IMG/VR virus record: IMGVR_UViG_3300029906_000160
Direction: 5' to 3' (one strand)
Length of the DNA: 64,000 nt
Source: a virus
Taxonomy: Duplodnaviria > Heunggongvirae > Uroviricota > Caudoviricetes
The position numbers were made by a program, and so were the translations under genes. The notes beneath the pieces were generated by a model. The model was given only the letters and a program-made list of their open reading frames with translations, made no database searches and was not told the DNA's origin. Positions 55,323-64,000 of this stretch are shown here, in pieces; positions within the stretch are counted from its first letter, which is position 1, and each line of letters opens with the position of its first letter.

Positions 55323-55958
55323 ATGTCTGATGCAGTAGCTAATCACGGCTTATGGAAAATAATTAAAGGAACCATAGCTTTAGCTTTTGCATTAATTGTT
55401 CTTAATATTGCATTAAATCCAGAAATAGTATTTGACAAATTTACTCAATATACAGAACGTGTAGAAAGAGAAAATGTAGAATATAGAAGAGAAATAGATC
55501 CAGTTATAAGAGGTGAATTAAAGGAATTAGTTTATGCTACAGAAGCATCTCGTGCTTGTGTAATGGAATTTCATAACGGTACTTCCAATTTTTCATCTCT
55601 TGGTTTTTTGTATGCAGCTATGACTTATGAAGAAACTAGAGATGGTGTAGATAAAGTGTCTAAAGTTTATAGTGAAGTTAGCTTATCTTTATTTAATATA
55701 GCCGATGCAATGTATAATCGAGGGTTTTGATTTGGTAGTATTGATGATTTAGCTAAAATGGATTCTGCTTTAGCACAAGGAATTGCCGCTTCTGGTACAA
55801 AATGAGTTGCTGCATTATTACTTGAAAGCTCACGAGAACTTGGATTTTTAATTCTCTCTTTTGATTATATTCCACTAGATCAACAAAAGATTGGAAGAGA
55901 AATTAGACGTGTAGGTGTATCAATTGCATCTAAACTCGATTATATTCCAAGAACGTAA
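55323..55958 (+). CDS. hypothetical membrane-associated protein (211 aa; 2 TGA read as Trp)
   Basis: track 55323-55730 extends through two TGA to a TAA. Confidence 0.5.
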
Positions 55959-55965
55959 TTAAATA

Positions 55966-56904
55966 ATGTATATGCCAAGGTTAGATGGAAATGAAAGTTA
56001 TTATGATGGACGGTTAGTAGATAAAGAGACCGATTCAGTTGTGTATTTTGATGATACACACGAATATAAAGCTAAATCAGATGGTTTACAAGGTGTATCA
56101 GTTACAACAATGATACATTCATATGTTACTCCATTTGATGCTACTTTTTGAAGTTCATATAAAGCTCTTGAAGCTCTTTGTGAACCAGAAATTTTTGGAA
56201 TCTTAAAACCAAAATTACTTCAAACTAAAAGATTTAATAAGTCTATAATCGATAAATTAGATATTGATTTAGATGAATTTAATGTTAAAAAGCAAGAAAT
56301 ACTAGATTCTTACGATAGAAAAAGAGAGGCTTCTTGCGAATATGGAACAAAAGTTCATGCAGCTATAGAAAATGCTCTTTATGGTCGAGACCCTTCTACT
56401 TTAAAGAAATTCGGTCTCGGAGGTAAAATGGAAGTATTTAGAGGTAAGTATACGCTTGACTTAGGAACAGGAGTATATCCAGAGTTTATGATTAGCTATA
56501 GAGACGAAGATTTTCTATTATGTGGTCAAGTTGATCTATTAATAGTGCAAGGAAACGAGATTCACATAGGCGATCATAAAACAAATGAGAAAATTGAATT
56601 TAAATCATTCTATGATAAGTATAAGAAATCGCAAACTATGATGAAGTATCCATTAAATACTATTCAAGATTGTAATGGACAACACTATACTCTACAATTA
56701 AGTACTTATGCATGAATGATTCAGCAGTTAAATCCAAAATATGAAATTAAAAGATTGTTCATTCACTGAATCGATCATGACGGAAAAGAAAGTTTTATAG
56801 ATGTTCCTTATATGAAACAAGAAGTAGAAAAGATGCTCAAAGATTATAAGAAAAAACTTAAAATTCAGAGAGCACTTGATAGAGATAAACCATATATTAT
56901 ATAA
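55966..56904 (+). CDS. PD-(D/E)xK exonuclease (lambda-Exo/YqaJ-like), 312 aa; 3 TGA read as Trp
   Basis: VDLLIVQGNEIHIGDHKT..QLSTYAWMIQQL. Confidence 0.65.
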
Positions 56905-57179
56905 TGTCTAATGCACTTGATATATTACAGGGGCATATAAATGAAGTATTAAATAGAGAAGAAGATCTTTCTCAAAGTCGTTTAGAGATATGTAAACAAT
57001 GTCCTGGATTTAAAAACTCAGTTGCTTTTGGCCCTATATGTGATTCTACTAAATATATGTCTCCAGATGGTACAGATTGAGACTATAAATATCACGAAGG
57101 CTGAATTCGTCTTTGTGGCTGCAGACTTAAGGCTAAAACGCGATTAAAAAATGCCCATTGCCCTGTTAAAAAATGATAA
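56904..57179 (+). CDS. small Cys-rich (zinc-binding?) protein
   Basis: CKQCPG..CGCRL; overlapping TAATG start. Confidence 0.4.
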
Positions 57180-57238
57180 TGATAACATGTATACAAAAGA
57201 TATAAAAAATATTTACTCCTTAATGATAATGATTTAAT

Positions 57239-57634
57239 ATGGAAAATGTTGCAAAGAATATAGTAAATAAAAATATAAAGAATATAAATACAAATGATGT
57301 TGAAATAATTCCAGTTAATTTTGGAGTATTACTTAAACCCTATGAAGAAAACCCATATAGAAAGATTGAAACTACGGATTCGGGTCTCATAGTTGGTATT
57401 GAAAGTACTAAGAGATATAAATCAAATGAAACTGGAGAATATGAAGATAATCAACAACTTATTACATGTGGAAAAGTGTTGGCTGTTGGACCGGAATGTA
57501 AAAACGTTAAAGTTGGAGATGACGTTTATTTTCCAATGCATATCGCTACACCAATTCCATTTAGAAAGAAGGGATATTATGAAATTTCGGAGCAAAATAT
57601 TTACTGTGTGCTTCGACCAATTAATGATGTTTAA
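57239..57634 (+). CDS. groS: GroES-type co-chaperonin (Cpn10)
   Basis: PVNFGVLLKP..TDSGLIVG..GKVLAVGP..VKVGDDVYF mobile-loop/beta-barrel pattern. Confidence 0.7.
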   Translation: MENVAKNIVNKNIKNINTNDVEIIPVNFGVLLKPYEENPYRKIETTDSGLIVGIESTKRYKSNETGEYEDNQQLITCGKVLAVGPECKNVKVGDDVYFPMHIATPIPFRKKGYYEISEQNIYCVLRPINDV

Positions 57635-57636
57635 AT

Positions 57637-57870
57637 ATGATGAATTTAGAACCAGAAAAAATATTTTTCGCGCCTGGAGATTTAGTTGAAGTTAGGCACG
57701 ATATAGAAAATAAACCAAAAATGTTTGTGACAGAAAAAGTAACTAAATCTATTAAAGATAAAGATGGAAATGTTGAAAATGTATTCGTCGGCTTGCGAGT
57801 TAAGTGGTTTGATAAACAGCAGGTTCTTCATGAAGCAATATTTTCTACTAAAGATCTTAAACACGTATAA
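57637..57870 (+). CDS. small protein (DUF2158-like?)
   Basis: ORF track. Confidence 0.4.
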   Translation: MMNLEPEKIFFAPGDLVEVRHDIENKPKMFVTEKVTKSIKDKDGNVENVFVGLRVKWFDKQQVLHEAIFSTKDLKHV

Positions 57871-57872
57871 TT

Positions 57873-58148
57873 ATGCGAGTAAATATTTCAAATAATAATG
57901 TAATATCGATTGACTTTGATACAGTTGATCAAGTTATAGATTTTATAAAGAAATTTAATTCCAGTAATAGTATAACTGGCGGAACAAATCCTATAAAAAT
58001 AGATCCAAATGATTGGAAACAACCTTGGAATCCTTATAATCCTATTGTACAACCACTAGATGTTTATTATCGTAAATCAGACTTAGACACATATAAAGTA
58101 GCGGATCCAGTTCCAAATCCTTATACTGTTACAGCTAATACAAAATAA
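57873..58148 (+). CDS. hypothetical protein
   Basis: ORF track. Confidence 0.45.
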   Translation: MRVNISNNNVISIDFDTVDQVIDFIKKFNSSNSITGGTNPIKIDPNDWKQPWNPYNPIVQPLDVYYRKSDLDTYKVADPVPNPYTVTANTK

Positions 58149-58150
58149 TT

Positions 58151-58951
58151 ATGAATGAAGAACAACTAATAGAGTTTGTTAATTGACTTCCTTCAGTAGT
58201 TCCAGAATTTAAAAATGCAGAACCTGAACAGATCGTACAAGCCCTTAATCAGATGTATGAATCTGAAGAAGGACAACAAATGCTTTCACAGCTTTTTACT
58301 GCTTTTCAAGAATCTAAAGCTGATGCTCAATCACAAATGTTTAAAAAAGGTGGAAAACTTTCTCAGTTAGTTGAAAAAGCTAAGAAAGGTAAAAAGATGT
58401 GTTGCAAAAAGAAAGAAGTTCTTAAAGGTGGAATGGTTAACAAAATTACAGAGAAAATGCAAGAAGGAGGAGAATTAGCAACTAATACTTCTGCAAATAC
58501 TTTAAGTAATTTTGGTTTAATTCCTAAAGTAGACAGAGGAATTGACACATCTAAACTTAGGCAAAGAGGAACAACTCCAGCTTATGTAGGAGAACCAGAT
58601 TATTTTGGAACTTCGGAAACATGAACTCCATCTAAAAATAAAATTGGTGCAGATATTAAAAACGTATTTAATGGAAACACTTTACGTCAATATATAGTTA
58701 CAAAAGGGGAATGAGGAGTACCTAGAAAAGTATATAGAGAAATAACAAATTATAGTACTCCAGCGCAATCTGATACTATTTATGTTGATGCTCAAGGAAG
58801 ATCCGGAGTACGTAATCCGTCTTTTATTCAGAAAATGTTAGGAGATGCAAAACACAGTTCTGAATTTATGAACGGTATAGATCTTATTTTACAAGGATAT
58901 GATCCTATTCAATTATCTGGAAAGGAAGTTAGACAATCTCGTAAAAAGTAA
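58151..58951 (+). CDS. hypothetical protein, 266 aa (3 TGA read as Trp)
   Basis: manual translation; track fragment 58253-58624. Confidence 0.45.
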
Positions 58952-59544
58952 TGGAAATATTTATATTCGATAATGTAACTAATAAACTGCGAATCAATGA
59001 ATATGATATATTACTTATAAAAGAATTTGCTGATCTCTGAGATCAAAATAGAAACAAATGTGCTGAAGACAAAACTGGAGAGAAACGGCTTCTTGCCTAT
59101 AAAGAATTTACTTATATCTATTTGACTCTTGATTTTAAATCTCCTTATTTTAAATACCTAGAAAAAGATAAGCATGAAGCTGCACTAGCCGATTCTGGTC
59201 TAGAGGAATCTCATCTAAAAGATCCATTGTTCGTTGCAGCATATCATAAATATCAAGAGATACAAGAAGCCGATCCAGTTTTATCTCTTATAAAAACAGC
59301 ATATCATACATTATATAAAACTCAGGTTTTCTTAGATTCAATAGATTATAGTGAGAGAGATGATACGGGAAAACCAATATATAAGCCGAAAGATGTTATG
59401 AACGATATAGCAACAATCGGTAATTTAAGAGCAAAGCTTCAAGAACTAGAAGTCTTACATAAAACAAATATGGCTGCAGCATCTAAAGTACGTGGTGATA
59501 TTCAAACTGGATTTATGGAAGATTCTTATCCTTGACAGAAATAG
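58951..59544 (+). CDS. hypothetical protein, about 197 aa (TGA read as Trp)
   Basis: manual translation; track fragment 59122-59535. Confidence 0.45.
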
Positions 59545-59574
59545 ATTTAGTAATAGATAAGTAATAATAGATTC

Positions 59575-60384
59575 ATGGTAAAGAAAAGAGAGAGATTAGA
59601 AGATACGCCGGAATTTATGAAAAAATATGGTCAAGCTTTAAAGAGAATGGATGAACGTAACAAAACTGCAGAAGAAAAGAAATCCAAACTTAATAAGCAA
59701 GACTTACAAAAACTCCCCGGATTCGCAGAAAATTATGAAGAAAGTCTTATTCGACAATTATTCGAAGAAGATCTTAAGAAAAAGATTGAAAAATATCTTG
59801 GAGAAGATGATAAAGAATCGCAATATTATCAAGACTCATGAGAATTAAAACATCATAAAAGAGACGGATTGTGAGATGTTAAAGCTGATGAGAGAATTGA
59901 ATATTTTGATCCTGAGTTATCTTACGAATTAACTGGTTATCGTCCCATAACAATGACTGAAGGTTTGGACTTTGATCCAGAACCATTTAGAGAAGCAGCT
60001 AGAATTTATGAAGAAACTGGAAAATATACTGAATATCCAGCAGGTTGTAAACCATACAATGATTATTGAATGGAACAACTTAAACGATGTGCTGAAGGTT
60101 ATACCGTTGGAAAGTATAGAATAACTGGAGATCATTATTTCTTCTTAAATTTCTATCATATGCAAACCGTTAATAAGTCTAGTGCAAAACACGTAAGAGG
60201 TCGTATACAAAGCTTTCCAATGTTTGCTGTAAAACAGTATGAGTTCTTTCATTACGTAGAACTATGCGAATATACAGGACACGATGTTGTTATGTTAAAG
60301 GCAAGAGCTTTAAATATTATCTTGAAGCCATTAGCAGTAATGTTAATGTTAAATCCCGCAATATCGGTAAATACTGAGATGTAA
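59575..60384 (+). CDS. terL: terminase large subunit, N-terminal segment up to the Walker-A position (..DVVMLKAR)
   Basis: T4 gp17-like pattern ..FPMFAVKQYEFFHYV..VVMLKAR; 3 TGA read as Trp; frame ends 25 codons later in TAA. Confidence 0.55.
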
Positions 60385-60546
60385 ATACCGAGATAACTTG
60401 AAATCACAAGTATCGTAGAGCATAGAAGATGAGCGTTAAGAGAGCAATAATTCTTCCAAGAGTGTGGGCTCCATTATATGGATGAAAATATATGCCGAAC
60501 TATAAAGAACAACAATTTATAGAATTATGAGATAAAAAGCTCATAA

Positions 60547-60996
60547 GATAACAAATGAGGATTTTCAGAGATCTTAGCTGATCTTTGTGTTAGACCTTTC
60601 ATTACAACTCGTCAATTTAGAACAGTGGCCACTGCTGATTCTGATGGACACTTAGATCCATTACTTGATAAATGTTGGACTCAGCTTAACTGACTTAACC
60701 TTCATACTGATGGGGGTATGAAACGTTCACGCCAAAAAATCGATAATATTAAACAAAAGAGAGCATCACTTTTAAATAAAGAAGGAGTCGAATATGGATC
60801 AATGTCAGAAATAGAAGGAATTGTCGCAGATGATCCTAATAAGATTCGTGGCGATCGTGTTGAAAGATTAATATATGAAGAAGCTGGTTCTCAACCAAAA
60901 CTTATTAAAGCTTGAATACAAGGAAATGCATTAGTGGAGATAGGAGGTGAAAAGATAGGGGTTCGAATTGCCGGAGGAACGGGTAGATTAATGTAA
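60547..60996 (+). CDS. terL: terminase large subunit, central ATPase segment (Walker-B region)
   Basis: ..ADDPNKIRGDRVERLIYEEAGS.. (cf. gp17 [21 protein letters not shown]). Confidence 0.5.
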
Positions 60997-61022
60997 ATTA
61001 TTAACTAGTAATTTTTATTGTT

Positions 61023-61922
61023 ATGACTACAACAAAAATAGAACGTGAAAAAATAAAACAAATAATTATTGATGAATACATAAACACTCCAGAAAAAGAA
61101 AGAAGTTTAACTAAACTAGGAAATAAATATGGAGTTAAAAGACAAACAATTTCTAAATGATTAAAAGCTAAAGGATTTGAAATAATTAATTATCAAAATA
61201 GATGTAGAATTGACGAAACAGTTTTTGATAATATAGATACAGAAGAAAAAGCATATTGATTAGGTTTTCTTTATGCTGATGGAAATATTAGTACAGTAGG
61301 AAATCGTTTAGAAATGAATTTATCTTCTAAAGATTTAGATCATATGTTAAAATTTAAAAAATTTTTAAAATTAGAATCTGAAATTAGAATTGAGGATAAT
61401 CATGGAGAAGGAAAAGAAATTTGTAGATTAGCTGTCAGAAATAAACATATCTGGCAACAATTAAATGATAAAGGATGTGTTCCTTGTAAGTCTTTAATTT
61501 TAATATTTCCAGATAGGTCTATATTTAAATCAGAAATTTTAATTTATGATTTTATACGAGGATATTGCGATGGAGATGGAAGTTTAGGTATGTATATTAA
61601 AGAAAATACAAAAACTCATAAATGTTGAATATCTTTTGTAGGAACAAAAGATTTTTTAAATGGAATTGAAAATTTTCTTAATATTAAAGGAACAATTCGT
61701 AATAAAACTTGTACTAATTGACAAAATCAAGCTTATAATCTTAAATACGAAGGAGTAAAAGCTAGAAAAGTAGCAAGATTACTTTATGAAAATTCATCAA
61801 TTTATATGAATAGAAAATATAATAGATTTTTACAATTCTGCTCCTTTGAAGAGGGATCTTCAACAGCAAAATCGAGCAAAATCGAAAGACGCTGTAATGC
61901 GAATATCGAGGTAAATAACTAG
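61023..61922 (+). CDS. LAGLIDADG homing endonuclease inserted within terL; 4 TGA read as Trp
   Basis: AYWLGFLYADGNIS and FIRGYCDGDGSL; N-terminal HTH. Confidence 0.75.
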
Positions 61923-62079
61923 ATTGCGAAAGGCTAGTTATCACCGTAACGCGTAGTAATTGAATAAATATAATATTACCAAGAGTGCTCGACATCTAGA
62001 ACAGATGAAAATGTACGCTGAACTATAGAGAATAAGAATCTATAGAATTTAGAGATAAAAAACTCTAAAGATAACAAAA

Positions 62080-63261
62080 TTGGGTGATTCCGGAATTGCA
62101 CTTGCGGGATTATCTGAAATGTTTAATAATCCTCGTGCTTATAATGTATTACCTTACAAAAATAAATATACTCGTGATGGCAAGATTGCTTACACTGGTT
62201 TCTTCATTCCAGCTCATGAGTTCTCTTTAAATCCAGAATTTGTTGATTCTCGTGGAGTCACAGATTCCGTTAGATTTAAACAATGATATGAAGAACAACG
62301 AAAAAAGATGGAAGGTCAAGCTCTCTTAGATTATTGTGCAGAACACTGTTTTACTCCTGATGAAGCGCTTCTTAGACAAGGTGATAATATCTTTGACTCA
62401 ATTGTTATTTCTGAACGACTCACTCAAATTAGAGTATTTAAAGAAAATTATCAAAAACCTGAACCAACAGCACTTTTATGAGTTGGAGAAGAAAGAAAAT
62501 TTGTAAAAGCACAACCTCTAAGTACGAGTAAATTACTTGTTGTTGAACCTCCTCTTTTAGACATGGATGGAAATCCTTATAATAATTTATATGTTGCAGG
62601 AATAGATGCTATTGATATGGGTAAAGAAGATTCTGCTATAGATTCTGATGTATCTGATTTCTGCATTGTAATTAAAAAACGTGCATTTGGTATGGATTCT
62701 CCAAAATATGTGGCCATGTATAAAGATCGTCCACAGAAAATTAGAGATGCATACGAAATTGCTATGAAACTTTGTGTATGATATAATTGTAAAGCAATGT
62801 TGGAGTATACAAAAATATCTATACAAAAATACTTTGAACAATATAAAAAATCTCACTTATTTATGGCTCGTCCTGAATTTGCAGTATCGAATCGTGCAAA
62901 AAGAACCACAACTAAAAATCTTATTGGTTTACCTGCAACAGAATCTGTTATCAAGCATGGGTTGGAGTTAATCGAAATGTATGTTGAAGACTATTGACAA
63001 GATATTATGTTCGATGAAATGCTTGAACAACTTTTAAATTATTCTTATGAAGAAAAAAGAAAGTTTGATATTGTAGCAGCCTTATCAATGTGTGAGATTG
63101 GAGATGAAGCAATGCTGGGGTTCTCTGTTAAAAATGCTCAATCTACTAAACAAGAATGAAAAGACTACGGATATTATTATGATGAGAATGGGCATAAAAG
63201 ATTCGGAGTTATTCCAGATAAAAATAATAATATAATACAACCACCAAAATGACACTTTTAG
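62080..63261 (+). CDS. terL: terminase large subunit, C-terminal nuclease segment
   Basis: ..LLVVEPPLLDMDGNPYNNLYVAGIDAIDMGKEDSAIDSDVSDFCIVIKK.. (RNase-H-fold nuclease motif); several TGA read as Trp. Confidence 0.55.
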
Positions 63262-63560
63262 AACAAGAAATTCTTGATACTATTAACGAAGCTGTTGGAG
63301 GTAAATATATTGGTCAATTAAAAGTGTTTCATGAAGACAAAGTTGGATGAGTTCTTCTATTACACATGAACCAAGAACAAGCTCCAATGAATTTTGTATA
63401 TGATGGTACTTGAGAGCAGTTTAAGAAGTTCATTTATAACGAATTGCACTTTAGAAAAATGCATAAAGCATCTTTCTTTCAGGCAGTTCAAGAATTACCA
63501 TCGCTTATAGATAAGCATGGTGAATTAGAATTAGATTATGATACTGTAATAATCACATAG
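63249..63560 (+). CDS. hypothetical protein, 103 aa (2 TGA read as Trp)
   Basis: manual translation. Confidence 0.4.
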
Positions 63561-63561
63561 A

Positions 63562-64000
63562 ATGGACAAACAAAAAGAAATTGAAAGCATTAATAAATGT
63601 ATTCAAGATCTTGTCTACGAGAAAGTTGAGTTAAAAAAAGCTTATAACTATTATCACTGTATTCGAGATGCTGAACAATTTCGACATATAGAAGATAATT
63701 ATGGTATTGGTACACCAACATCAATCGGATTTACTCCACTTATCAAGAAGCATATTGATGTTTTAGTTGGTGAATATCTCGAATTAGATCCTGATTTGCA
63801 AATCACATGTAAAGATGAAAAGACAGTATCTAATATTATGAGAGATAAACAGTTAGAAATTAATAAACAAGTTTATAATTTATTAAAATCTAAATTACAA
63901 AATCTAATTGTACAGGTTTTTGTAGATAGAAAACAAGCAGCTAACGATCCTTATATAGAAAAGGAAATAGAAAAACTCAAAAAAGATATAGATAAAAATT
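63562..64000 (+). CDS. hypothetical protein (portal?), 5' part; continues beyond window
   Basis: open frame to window edge. Confidence 0.35.
   Translation, partial: MDKQKEIESINKCIQDLVYEKVELKKAYNYYHCIRDAEQFRHIEDNYGIGTPTSIGFTPLIKKHIDVLVGEYLELDPDLQITCKDEKTVSNIMRDKQLEINKQVYNLLKSKLQNLIVQVFVDRKQAANDPYIEKEIEKLKKDIDKN

Noticed and set aside
60385-60546. Small ORF (MSVKRAIILPRVW..) in the gap between terminase pieces, considered as the missing Walker-A exon
   Set aside because: It contains no GK[ST] P-loop and does not resemble terminase sequence.

Overview
This window is AT-rich (about 30% GC) and reads as part of a large lytic, T4-like or jumbo-type phage genome. Roughly the left two thirds are minus-strand genes and the right third holds plus-strand blocks. 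The central observation is a dual genetic code. Many genes contain zero in-frame TGA and write Trp only as TGG. These include groL, clpP, the vWA/AAA pair and the nucleotide-metabolism genes. A second class cannot be translated in the standard code, but becomes continuous, conserved proteins when TGA is read as Trp. This class holds every homing endonuclease gene (HNH x3, LAGLIDADG x3, GIY-YIG x1, one Vsr-like), the plus-strand blocks (M15 peptidase, C1 papain-like protease, lambda-exonuclease-like nuclease, groS, terL) and one tail-fibre gene. The C1 protease shows the invariant N-S-W-G with W=TGA, and the HNH helix-turn-helix reads RRW with W=TGA. A tRNA whose D-arm and anticodon arm resemble bacterial tRNA-Trp, but with anticodon UCA, lies at 4963-5052. 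Other notable content: (i) a fractured IMPDH/GMP-reductase gene built from split-intein halves with a free-standing Vsr-like endonuclease gene between them; (ii) a tRNA/homing-endonuclease island (10.7-18.2 kb) holding a tRNA-Lys whose anticodon loop contains a complete tRNA-Pro, plus tRNA modules in non-canonical order; (iii) a tRNA-Leu(UAA) interrupted by about 229 nt, probably a group I intron; (iv) a Ser/Thr phosphatase gene and the terminase gene each interrupted by LAGLIDADG-carrying insertions; (v) a recurring promoter-like motif TTATAAGTA(A/T)C; (vi) an iteron-rich putative origin next to an initiator gene; (vii) tandem small-gene pairs; (viii) GC-rich islands; (ix) groL together with groS, an ADP-ribosylglycohydrolase, a nicotinamidase and a phosphoribosyltransferase. 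Coordinates worked out by hand may be off by 1-3 nt.
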